DNA from: Paecilomyces variotii
Lineage: Eukaryota
DNA: 64,000 nt
Assembly: GCA_004022145.1 (NCBI GenBank)
Contig: RCNU01000017.1
Strand: one strand, 5' to 3'
The notes under the pieces are model-generated. The model worked only from the letters and a program-made list of their open reading frames with translations, searched no databases and was not told where the DNA came from. Of this stretch, positions 24,603-35,772 are shown piece after piece (position 1 is the stretch's first letter; the number at the start of each line of letters is the position of its first letter). The translations under genes and the position numbers were made by a program.

Positions 24603-25925
24603 TTACTTCTGCTGGGTTGACTCAAGAGGTGCGACTATTTCAATGTGCATTTTGCCACGAATCTCGGTAACCAGCTGTTTGAGCGTATGCGACAAAAATG
24701 CCCATTGAATGGCTTTGTGGTTTGTTCTGCGGCACCATAGTACATTGTCTTCTGTGATTTCGGTCTCAATGTCCTGTTCGCGAATACACCTGATATTCTT
24801 TGAGATGCCAGTGCAAATATGGCCTTTGACGACACCGACCTGATCAGGCTCCCAGAGATACTCAAACCTATTATCTGGCACTTCTGCATTTCTGCAAAAC
24901 CAGATGTATCTTTTCCAATCGGCAGAGTACCAGAGCTCCGCTGGTTTTAAAGCGTCCAGAAAATCCTTGGAGATCTGGATTTCAAGTATACAGGTCTCGC
25001 AACGGGGATTTCTCCTGGCCGCCCATTTGCGGTCCTGCTCAGCCGTCTCCTTCTCTGGAGTCCAGTAACCAGCGAAGTCATTCCAATTGAAGTCTCCGCC
25101 TGGCTGTGTTGCAAGTAAGAGGGCACAAACGCTCCCGTCATGTCTGACGATGTGTCTCGGCTCGTTCAGATCGCAGAAGCCCTTTCCCTTGTAGAGGACG
25201 ACATGCTCTGGCAGGATAGTACTATTTGGCTCTATCGCCACGTGCGCGGCGGGGAATTGGAAATCTTGCGGTGTTATGTTAATCGTGGCTGGCTCATTAT
25301 CTTTTCTATAAGCGATACCTCGACTGGCGTGGTTTTTAAGTAGTTCCTGCCGGGAGAGAAGGGTGGCATAATTGAGGTTGAGGGTATCATTAACCCAAAA
25401 ATGGAGGTCATTCGTCCAAAATATATCGGAAAATTCAGGATCGGTCAGTGCTTCTAGTATTTGTTGATTAAGCCCAACGCGCATTATGGCCTCCCTGAGG
25501 TCCATATCCTTGAATCTGCTTGTCGTCAGCTCAGACACGTGTGCAAAGGCGTAGTCCATTAGGCTGTCTGGATTCTGCCCGGGATCAGGGCGATCACAGT
25601 AGCGTTTGAAAATTTCCTTCGCAGCGGAAGGTATAAATCCAACCCATTCTAAAGTAGCAGTGCTGTCATCCGTCATAGGCAAATCGAACTTGTAGACTCT
25701 GGGGGGACTAAAATCCCGCATGCTGATCGATGCTGAGGGACTAGACGAGGAGGAAGTTGAAAAGTCTGAGGGGGGATTCAACACTACAGACACTTTCCTC
25801 TTGCCAGTGGTAGATGCTGCTGCTATCGGTTCAGTTTCTAATATAGCCTCATCTTCGAGGCACTCAATCTCTTCCTGGGTAAACACTCCATTGACGTCCT
25901 TATCCCTGGAGAATTGACGAGACAT
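24603..25925 (-). CDS. Intronless hypothetical protein (~440 aa) with a C-terminal DUF3990/ADP-ribosyltransferase-like domain
   Basis: Long uninterrupted ORF; first ATG at 25925. The motif order VLYKG...GDF...YWTP....A...WA.R...W..YI..CR...VVKGHI...QWAF resembles DUF3990. The domain call is by eye. Confidence 0.75.
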   Translation of the reverse strand: MSRQFSRDKDVNGVFTQEEIECLEDEAILETEPIAAASTTGKRKVSVVLNPPSDFSTSSSSSPSASISMRDFSPPRVYKFDLPMTDDSTATLEWVGFIPSAAKEIFKRYCDRPDPGQNPDSLMDYAFAHVSELTTSRFKDMDLREAIMRVGLNQQILEALTDPEFSDIFWTNDLHFWVNDTLNLNYATLLSRQELLKNHASRGIAYRKDNEPATINITPQDFQFPAAHVAIEPNSTILPEHVVLYKGKGFCDLNEPRHIVRHDGSVCALLLATQPGGDFNWNDFAGYWTPEKETAEQDRKWAARRNPRCETCILEIQISKDFLDALKPAELWYSADWKRYIWFCRNAEVPDNRFEYLWEPDQVGVVKGHICTGISKNIRCIREQDIETEITEDNVLWCRRTNHKAIQWAFLSHTLKQLVTEIRGKMHIEIVAPLESTQQK

Positions 25926-26519
25926 GGCCAAATGCGATTTATGGATTGACAAAAAGTCAGGAGATGAGATTGGGGGTCTCCATCAAGTTCTTCAGCGGAC
26001 TTGCCGAATGTTGTACAGTATATGTAGGCGGGAAGTACTCCAGGATATTCTCTCGATGGTGTGACCAACGTAGTCGTGACGCGAGAAGATCAAAAACATG
26101 TTGTCTACGAGGAGAAGGGTCATGATTAGAGCGGCATAGGATGGCAGAATGGCAGCCTAGAGTGCTTAAACTACCAGGTAGGTATGTAGAGTGCTAGTAC
26201 TGTACTGGACCTAAGATGGATTGCTTTGTTCCATGGCAACTGCTGGCGCAACGTAGTATTTGGGCGTGTGCCGGTGGATCTGGCTTTGCAACGACGGCCA
26301 TGATGCGGGCACAATTCGAAATAGGGCATTTTATGGAGATATGTAGATACCTACTTGAAAACTCAATCCAGAAGATAGGAAAGGATTGGTGCTACTGTAG
26401 TTGACTGTCCAAAAAATCTACTTAATATGACCAAATACTGCGAATACTATTAAAGAATACCAAGTCTAATATTTCCTTATCGAAACTAATGACCCTACTT
26501 AGCTCTGCAACTCCCAAAC

Positions 26520-28668
26520 CTACAGCTTCGAGTCCAAGGCCTTCGACTTGGAAGATAGCCCCTCTTCAGCTGCCTTGATCTGGAGAGCGAGGAACTTTGA
26601 GTACACTCGGCATAGCGCCAGGTTTCCTCCCATGTACCAGAAATTGGGGTGGCCGCTTGGCCGCCACATCTGTTCATTGGGCTAAGTTAGCATGTATTGG
26701 TAATCGATATAGCAGGATCGGACAAATTCTCGAATATTTCTAAGATATGACATACCGCGTTAAGCTCTCCTTCCTCGTCCAGGTCCCAAACATCTTTGCA
26801 TCTTTCCGCAACTTTAGATCCCAGGATCTTATGCACTGAAGTGCGCATGTTGTCATATCCCGTGGCGAGGACCACGATATCAGCTTCAAGTTCTGACCCA
26901 TCCTTTAAGACGAGAGCGTTGTGGGTGAAGCCGCTAATACCTTCAGGACTCTGCTTGACCTTAATCTTTCTGTCTATGATCAGCTTGCTGCATCCGACAT
27001 CGATGTAATATCCGCCACCTCGGGTATAGTACAGACGCGAAATGCCGGCATTATCGATTCCAAAGTTGAGCTTGAATCCCGCAGCAGTGAGGCCGGAAAG
27101 AAGATCAGAGTCAGCGGCAGAGATGCGCTTCGTCCCGTAGACATTGAGGGCAAATTGGACAGGCCACGGTAGACTCTCAGTGAATATATCGGCTTCCTCG
27201 GTGGGTGGTCTGTTTAACATTTGTCAGGCTGTTGAATGCGCATTTCGAAAAAAGGATGAAGATACTCACCCATACTCATCGTGAACGCCCTCATGCATCA
27301 TAAAGACACCCTTGTCAAGGGATATAACATATGTCCCACTCCGCTGGAGCATAGTAACCTCTGCCCCATTTTCATAAAAGTTCTCTGCGATATCGTGACC
27401 ACTGTTTCCTGTGCCGACCACAATAACCTTCTTGCCTTTAACATCATGTTGAGACGCATCCGTATGCTGACTACCGTGATATACAAGGCCCTGAAAGTCT
27501 TGCTGCCCAGGAAAGGTCGGAATCTTAGGCTCGCCAGAGTGACCGGTACAGCAGACGACGTGATGAGGATGGAAAGTCCTCTCCTGTCCGTCGCGGACCA
27601 CAGTGACTGTCCACTCAGACTTGGCATCGTCATATACCGCCGACTTAATAGTCGTCTTTGTCCAGGCATTGAGTTCCATAAGGCTGGCGTAGGCTTCAAA
27701 CCAGTCTCCAAGCTTGTCCTTTGGTGTGAACTGGGGCCAGTTCTTGGGGAAGGGAAGATAAGCCATGTGCGTAAACTCCGCCGGGTCATGAGTAACGAGA
27801 GTCTAGGAAGAGCGTCAGTTAGTCACTTCCTTGGAAGAACAGGGAAGATGATCACAATAGATGCGAACACATACTCTGTATCTCTGTCTCCAATTGTCTC
27901 CTACTCTTTCATTCTTATCCACGATGAGACACGACAAACCAAGAGATTGTAGCCTCGCTCCAAGGTTCAATCCAGATTGACCTATCCAGCCTTTGTTAAA
28001 AAAAACCCCCATACCCAGCATCCATACCGTCAAGCGCATATGAACTCACCAGCACCAATGAGCAACACCCGGGGCTCCTCATCCAGGAATTCCATCTGTC
28101 TCTGCCGCCTCTCGAACCAAGTCCCTCCACTGGGACCATCCGGCATTGAATCAAGCGTACCATACACTCGTTTCGGGCCCAATGGCTCATCAAACCCCTT
28201 CAACTCCTGCAGGGAGGTATAAACCGCATACGCCTTCCACTTCCCCTCCGCATTGGGCGTGAGACGCAAGAATCCAGTACCTCGACCAATCTTCGTTTCG
28301 AAGAAGAACATCGACGCCACCCATTGCAAATGGATGTCCGGGGCCGGCTTGGCCAGACTTGGCTGATACTTCCCTTTATCCTGCAGACGAAAGCTGGATA
28401 GTTGCGCTTGCGGTTGATTCTGGGTCAGGAAATCCTGGATGCGGGAGAGGCCGTGAATGGTGTGAAAATTCCATTCAAGAGCGATCATGTCGCGCCACCA
28501 TGATTCTTCATGGAAGAGGTCTCCGAGTCTGGAAATGGAATTTTGCGAGAGGACGGTCTCGAGACAGGATATCCATTGCTGGGCTATCGCTCGTGGGTCA
28601 ACGGTGCTATCATCGACCTTGGGCGTTGTCGGAAGCTGGATGACATGGTCGTATTGAACGGGTGACAT
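26520..28668 (-). CDS. Flavin-containing monooxygenase (type II FMO-like, N-terminal extension) with peroxisomal PTS1; 5 exons (28668-28050, 27981-27875, 27802-27270, 27209-26756, 26669-26520)
   Basis: GAGQSG FAD motif (spliced), GDNWRQRY, FQGLVYHGSQH fingerprint, GTGNSG NADPH motif and ATGY. Four canonical introns. Ends ALDSKL*. Confidence 0.92.
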
Positions 28669-29751
28669 TGTGGTCACAGCAAAGAGAATCTGTTTGGTTT
28701 ACAAAAGGAAGCAGAAAAGAAAAAGAAATCGTGTCTAACAAAAAGATAGCTAAACCAGAGACTGGACGTCCATATATTTGATCAGACTTCGAAGTTGTAC
28801 CACCAAAAGACCAGACCTCATCCATCAATATATATATACTCGTACAGAGAATCCAGGAATCAACCCTCCGGAAACTTGGCCGAAGTCCCAAAATAGACCG
28901 TCCAGATGACATTTTCGGATATTCTCCGTCTGTATTCCAATCTCGCTCACACAAGAGCGTGGACAGGCCTGAATGGCTGCTGGAGCCAACTAACTAGCTG
29001 CTGTGCTTCCTTCTATGCAATAATAGTCATCTTCAGCCCAAGAGAACGGAGTAAAGCAACCCGAGGCCGGTGCTTTCCCCGGAAGAGACGCGGAGCGGGG
29101 AAGTAATTACTTTGTGAGCGCGGGGGAAGTGTGCCGAGTGGGAAGAAGTAGCGTTATGGAGATTGTTATTAAGTGATACTAACATTAAATCATCACGGGG
29201 TATTGAGTCTGTTATCTCAGTCTAGATTAGATCGTTCAAGGCTCTCTCGGTCAAGTTTCCATCTCTGGGTCTACAGCGCATATAAACACATGTATAATTC
29301 AAAAGGACCGAATGGGGCATACAGGATAGCGCGATCAAAGCCTTTCTGCATCACCTCTCTTCACTTGCCTGCAAATTGGCTAACTTTCCTAGCTGAGAAC
29401 AGCCGGCTGTTCTCCATAACAGTCGGAACCCTACAAACTACAATACAAGTCAACATCAACATCAACAATCAACAATCAACAGCGCAAGATGCTAATAGCC
29501 ATGTTTGTATTAGATAAACATAAAATATATATCATTGACTCATCATGTTCCCTCTAACAGGGAATCAACAATTGAAAGGAAAGGAGAGCACCTATCAAGG
29601 ATGTCGCCCCGTCCACCACTCTTGAACGCCAACACCAGCTGTCATATACAAAAAAAAGATACCAAAAGATGTGACACTAAGCTATGCGATGCAACGAAAG
29701 ATGTCAGAACATAAATGAGAATAGAAAGCAGCGTCAACCTTCTATATCATC

Positions 29752-32151
29752 CTAGGTGCCGTCCTGGCCCCAGTCATCGATCACCATATCGACGTTCTTG
29801 ACAGGATGCAGCAGCATCGGCGGGAGGCACATTCGTCCCTCGCCCGCAAGTTCTTCCTGCTCACCGCCGTCATTATCCACCCGGTAACCCAGCCACCGTC
29901 TCCAAAGGTTGGGCGAGAAGCCGGCAGAATAGAACCAGGTGGTACCGCGGAAATTGTGCTCCCGGTCACCAAAGACAGCCGTTCGCGCACCACCGGAGGC
30001 ACCATTGCGGCCGGCATTGAAGACGGAATCCAAGTATCGCGTTGGCCAGCGGCGGTCAATATAGACGGAGTGTGGCACATACACGGCTTTGAAGCCGTGT
30101 TGGAGGCAAGTGCTGGCGGGCCACATCTCAGAAAACATGGTGTGCCGCTTCAAGCTGGTTTCGCGGTGCATCGTCAACAAGAGCTTACGAGAGAGACGAG
30201 AGGCAGTGATGATAGCGGTGCGGCGTGGCGGCATCCCGTTCGAAGTGTCATAGCCAGTCACATCGTCTCTCAGAAGCCAAGTGGTACCTTCCGGATCGTA
30301 CAATGGGTTGAAGACAATCAAATCGGCGTCCTCGCCGACACCCCATTCATACCTATCCTTTTCGTAAGTAGTCGGTGGGATACCCTCCCCTTCAACTTCC
30401 ATGACATCTCTTTCGGCTGGTCTCTCCGGTCCCCAGATAGGCTTGTCGCCTCTCTGTTCGATAGCCTTCACGCCCTGGTCCTTGTCTTCTTTCAAGGCGC
30501 TCCACATGTTATTGGGGCTGTTGGTGCCGTGCTCAGTCTGAACGCGGACCATCTGTCTGAAGTCCTCCCATGGCCCATGCACCGAGGGAACATAGAAGCG
30601 CGCGTTGCGCTCCCACAGTCCCTTTCTTGGTTGCTCCTTGGCCCAGTTCGCGACCTTGTCGAAGAAATGATACCAGTGTCCCGTGTATCGTACGTCCATT
30701 TCCCAATTCCAATAATAGTCGTATTCAGGGTGCTGATAAGCAAAGTATTGAACCGGCATGAAGGTGCTCCGGTAGACCCCATGTACAGGTAGGCCGCGCA
30801 TGAATGATTCTTCCAGCCCACCGTACATCAAGCCCATCTGTCGTTCAGACCAGAGCACTCCCATACCGCGAAACTCCTCGGGAAGCGCTCTGTCAAGAAC
30901 GCGCTGATAGGTCTCGTCATCAGACCATATCTGCATATTATCATCCTTCACATGGACAAGGAAGTGGACAACATACTCTCCTCCCGACTGCAGCGTAAGC
31001 TCAGAAATCAAGGATCGCAGGTATAGGATATCCTCCGGGGTATACTTGAAGTCCCACCAGGTTCGAATGAGCACTGCAGTCCGCGGTAGACGGTCGGTTC
31101 CTTTCTTCGCGGCCTGTGTCTTGCCTTCTGGTTCGGTTGGCAGGGCAGGTACACCGACCTGCATGGAGAGAAAGCGATCGGTCCGAGGCGGGGGCAGTTC
31201 CTTGAAACGGTGATTGTTGGCAGCAACGCATCGATTCTGAGCCGCAGCCCAGTCCATTCCCCGGAAATCAACCGGTGGGTAGTCCTCCCAGACACGGCTC
31301 GCGCCCTCTCTGTGGCCCTCCAGACCAGCGCCAATTCCTCCTCTTTTCACTCCGTAACCCAGACCGTATGGTCCCAGGCGGCCGAAGCGGTCGAAGCAGA
31401 CATTATCCTCAATTCCCAGCATCTCGTTGGAACCCATCACCGCATCGGGAAACCCACGGGGGACACCATTGTAGTAATGGACATATGGCACACGAATCGT
31501 ACCTTCTTCGTCCAGAAAGCAGTCCTGCTTGACGCCATACTTCTTGATATACGCCTCAGACTTGTAGTCGGGGTAAGGATTATACTCGGAGCTTATGGAC
31601 TTCATTGCATTGGGATCCCGAGCTGAGAGCGTTCCATTGACGTCTTCGCCGAAGATTTGGCCATCCACGCCATCGTATCCATCTCCCGGGTATTCGGGCA
31701 CGTTCTCCTTCCGCGACACCAGGGTCCTGATTCCACCATGGTATCTCTTCAAGAATGGGAAGCTCTCCCACTGCGGCGGTTTGGGTTTAGGTCTTGGCAA
31801 CTCCAGCGATACCTTTTCCACAGGCGAGGGCAAACTAAACCGGAAAAGCGTGATAATAAAGAGGATCAGAGCAGACAGCAGCGCGAGGCACATCCATCTC
31901 ATAATGCGATGGGGCACTCGATAGAAGCCGATGCCCAGTCTGCCCCGTCGTAGTGACGGACCACCCAACATTGGCTGTTGCGACGTCGCGGTGACGTGGG
32001 AGCTATCCGAAACTGTAGGTGTGTCGTCGTCGGTATCCGACTCAGCTGAGACCCGATAGTATGCTTCTTTCTCAACGTCTAAATCCTTATGGTGCCTGCG
32101 CGGGAATGGGGCGGCATTGTAGACGGCCGAGGGCTTTGCCTGCCGGGTCAT
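29752..32151 (-). CDS. DUF3405 family protein, type II membrane topology
   Basis: ~800-aa intronless ORF with one N-terminal TM helix and CFDRFGRLGPYG, WNWEMDVRYTGHW, SRLSRKLL and LLHPVK motifs. First ATG at 32151. Confidence 0.85.
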   Translation of the reverse strand: MTRQAKPSAVYNAAPFPRRHHKDLDVEKEAYYRVSAESDTDDDTPTVSDSSHVTATSQQPMLGGPSLRRGRLGIGFYRVPHRIMRWMCLALLSALILFIITLFRFSLPSPVEKVSLELPRPKPKPPQWESFPFLKRYHGGIRTLVSRKENVPEYPGDGYDGVDGQIFGEDVNGTLSARDPNAMKSISSEYNPYPDYKSEAYIKKYGVKQDCFLDEEGTIRVPYVHYYNGVPRGFPDAVMGSNEMLGIEDNVCFDRFGRLGPYGLGYGVKRGGIGAGLEGHREGASRVWEDYPPVDFRGMDWAAAQNRCVAANNHRFKELPPPRTDRFLSMQVGVPALPTEPEGKTQAAKKGTDRLPRTAVLIRTWWDFKYTPEDILYLRSLISELTLQSGGEYVVHFLVHVKDDNMQIWSDDETYQRVLDRALPEEFRGMGVLWSERQMGLMYGGLEESFMRGLPVHGVYRSTFMPVQYFAYQHPEYDYYWNWEMDVRYTGHWYHFFDKVANWAKEQPRKGLWERNARFYVPSVHGPWEDFRQMVRVQTEHGTNSPNNMWSALKEDKDQGVKAIEQRGDKPIWGPERPAERDVMEVEGEGIPPTTYEKDRYEWGVGEDADLIVFNPLYDPEGTTWLLRDDVTGYDTSNGMPPRRTAIITASRLSRKLLLTMHRETSLKRHTMFSEMWPASTCLQHGFKAVYVPHSVYIDRRWPTRYLDSVFNAGRNGASGGARTAVFGDREHNFRGTTWFYSAGFSPNLWRRWLGYRVDNDGGEQEELAGEGRMCLPPMLLHPVKNVDMVIDDWGQDGT

Positions 32152-34871
32152 TGCAGCCGGAGTGCAAGTGATGCGCACTGCGCCGTCGAGGTCAATTCCG
32201 TACTGGTTTGTTTACCGCGCCCGCATCGATTCGTAGTGACACAGGATAGTTTCCCTTGGGGGAATTGGACTCGCAGAATGGGATAGATTTGGCTTTTTTT
32301 TTTCTTGTGGTGTCCTTGCTGCTCCCCGGCGTCCTGCTCCGCAGAGAAATAAACACAATGTCCCGAAATTGAAACGGGCAGAAGAGCGCAGCAACGGTTG
32401 CTATCCAGCGCCGCCAGCACAGAGTAGCTCTGCAACAGACACGAAGGAGCCACGAAGGACCGGGCCTGCGATGGAATCGAGAGCTTTTGTGTATACAACG
32501 GGAAGAAAAAAGGGGAAAGGGGACGTGGCGTGGAGAGGAGAGCTCACGAGGAAACCTGAGGCCGTCTGGATGGTTGCCGAAGCGATTGCGTACCCCAGGC
32601 CCAGACTGTCTTGGCAACGCCAGCACGCGGGAGGGGCAGGAAGGAGCGACGTGTTGGTTGCCGCAAACAAGGAAGGAACGGAGCGGAATGGCCACTGACG
32701 GCGGGCGGGAGGGGCGACGGTGGCTTCCTCAGTGGGGCAGGAACGACGGCCGATGGAGAAGGCGCCATGGATGATGGAAGGCGCGAGGGAAGCTGCGTGG
32801 CCGGCCGAATCAGGCTCCAGGCCGCTTATAGCCTAGCGTCTCGTCCCCTCGCCTGTCCCAGTCGGGCTATGGAGAGCGTGCCTCAGGGAGATAGTCTATG
32901 GTAGATATTTTTAACCCCGACTTGATCTGCACAGAGGATTCATATTTATAGCCTCCCCCCTATCTGAGAGTAGATTGAGAGGAAGCAAAAGGACAATCAA
33001 GGTTCTATAAGGGAGACGGCCGTCTAAAAAGATCCTCCGCGTCGCCCACGCGGCTTCCCGTGAGTACTCGAGTAATAAGGACTAGATAGTCTAGTCTAGA
33101 GCTGTTTTCCAGATGCCGGATAAGAAAGCTTGGACGTCCAGCCACAAGAACGCGCAGGTCTCCATGGCCGCATGGCGGTGATCGTTCATACTTTTCGAGG
33201 TCTATCTATTGTTATTATCATTGTGGATTGAGCCGATTGACAGAACTAATCCTTTGCAGCGCCAGATGGAGCATGACGTGCGCAACAGTGCCATTTATTA
33301 AAGGAGACTTGAAAGTTGATAGTCATCGATCGACAGATCAACCTTGGTCCGTCCGCAGCCGCATCGAGCTCTCGATGTCTCACGAAGAAAAATGACGACC
33401 GCCTGCAGTTGCTGTTTTAACTCGTCCATATCAACTTCTCCCGTACTGTAAATTGCTTCTGCTCTGAAAGCATACAAGATGTGACATGCTGAGGGCCAAT
33501 TGTCTTCTTGCTCCTGCTATGATTCAGCCTGAACGTTGATTTTCTCGAGCTGTTAACTACGTACATGTCGCATCCCGGAGATTCTCCGATACGAGAGATC
33601 GCAAGCATGAATGAACCCGAGAAACCGCCTGCTTCGTTATTGGCACGATAGTAGTTTCGGATCGCAACTACCTGTTGAAATTATCAATGCCCCAGGAGGA
33701 TTCTCTGGGTTCTTGTTCATGGAAGCTGTGATGTGAACAGCGGCCGATTTGAATGGGGTGATCATGGTCAATCGGTGGACATGGTTCCGGAGAGACCCCA
33801 GAGCTCAATTACCGGTGGGATCTTGCTGTCTCGTGCAGTAGTTAACCAGAAGAAGCGACAGAGAGGGGGTTGAGTACTCAGTACGGTCGAAAGAAAGAGT
33901 TGTTCGGCCAATTCACCTCAGGTGCTCACATTCCATCTGCATCCAGACGCGCGCACAGGCCAATGATCGTGGACATCACTTGATCCTCAGCCTGACCGCT
34001 TGAACAGTTCCGTGCCCAAGGGACCGGAAGAGGCGCTCGCCTATTCCAGGAAGCGGATGGTCGAGAACGTGGTTCAATAGGGTGTTGTACCGATTGAAAG
34101 ACAGGGTGTTTGGCTAGGATGTTATGTGGTGGTCCTGCGTCTACGGACCAGACGTTGTGCGCGATGGTAGCTCCTCCAGATTCAGGTCCAGTAACACCCT
34201 GTCTCGTGTGCCGTTCAATTCTGCACCGCAGGTAACTGCGCAAGGGGGCGTTTAATACTCTGGTAATCGAAGAGCTTCCATCGCCCTTTATGAGTAGAAA
34301 TAATGTCGAAGGATTGGCGGAGTATTCAATGACGCCCGACTAAACCCAGCCACTGAAGTTTCCAGATTTCCGGATCCTATGATGCAACCTTGACAAGTTA
34401 GCTCTCCAGGGCCACGATGGGGGCAAGCTGGAGGCGTCAAACAATAGCTAGCCAATTCAAAAGCAGACTGCATATGCGACTTGCTTCATTTCTAGCTTTG
34501 TCCTTAACCTTCTGCATCAATAGTTCGCTGTCTGTCGTGTCGTCGTTGAAAGTGATTCCCGGGCAGCTACTGCGTCGGCTCACAGCACAATTTGCATGTC
34601 TCATGATCATCCAGCGTGGTCTTACAAGCCACAGGTCCGGTGTTTATCAGGTTTAAATTGCCGTTACCTTGTTTCCTGTCATTTTCTGGTTCTCTTAATT
34701 CTATCGTACTAAAGAACTATCTACTCTACACCCCCGGTTGGCTCCTTCTGTCCGGGGCTCGTCTAACCTACGCCCTTTGCATGGGATAGACTCTTGACAA
34801 CATCATCTGTCTTTACATTATTGAGAATACAAACTGAGATTGTATACAAGACTCGTGTCTCACAAGGCAAA

Positions 34872-35772
34872 ATGGTATGCAGTGTCCGCCATTGAACAAC
34901 ACTTTCATGTCTAGTCGCTCACAATCTAGTAGGCGGACAAATTACATGTAACTCGAGTGTATTCAGAGCTTGGAAACTCATTGGCGTACCAATCACCAAT
35001 TGTCTCTCTTCTTGGCGTGATAGTCCTTATTCTGTCTTCCATCTATGTTGCGAGGCGGGTTCGCAATGACTATTATGCCTTCCTGGCACTCGGTCCAGGA
35101 GGAACGCCTTCCACTCCCAGAGGATACTTGCGTATATGCGTCTTGCGACTCTTCCGCCTCCGCAATCCCCTGGAACCGCCGTCGCTGCCTCCCTTTTTAC
35201 ATCCGCAGCAGGGTATTCTGAAGGACCTCCCCAGGAGACAAGGCCGCCGTCCTAGAGTCGCCGGGATTGCTCCTCAGCGCCAGATGAGCCAGCGTGGAGG
35301 TCAGATAATGTATGAGGCTCTGTCTTCTTCGATTAGAAACCTCATCCAATGCCACCAAGACCGTCTTTTCCTTGGGACCTCGTGTTTCGAGAAGCATAGC
35401 ACCGGTATCTTTGCAAACGCTGCCTTCCGCAGCCGGCCCACTTGCAACGGCGAAGTCTGTCATGCCCACCCTTGCGACGCCAGCATGCACCTCACCCTCC
35501 ATCCAGCCGATGTAAAACTGGTCATTGAGCGTGGTTGGGGAGAACGCCATCCTCTGGCGCGGGAGAGCTGGTGGTGGAGAGCTAAGATCGTTCCGCCGGG
35601 TTTCGTCATGATCTATGCGCCGCGGGATGAGAAAGACCTGCGCTACGTGATGGAAATCATCCGCGCTGCAGCCTGGTGGGTGACTGGGACAGAGTTGAAG
35701 CGAGACATCGAGGTCAATCAGGAATTCAAATCAATCGGACATGGTGAATTGAAGCCGTGTCCTGAGTGCTGA
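34872..35772 (+). CDS. Luciferase-like (PF17648/DUF5519-type) protein with N-terminal TM helix; ATG-only first coding exon 34872-34874, exon 2 34933-35772
   Basis: ALGPGGTP, GIAPQRQ and EVCHAHPCDASMHLTLHPAD...GWGERHPLA motifs. Intron GTATGC...GCTCAC...TAG (34875-34932) places the ATG in frame. Confidence 0.8.

Noticed and set aside
29806-30792. 328-aa antisense ORF, and similar antisense ORFs over FMO, arf1, rpl1, fet4 and erv29
   Set aside because: Fully overlap well-supported genes; expected from codon bias.
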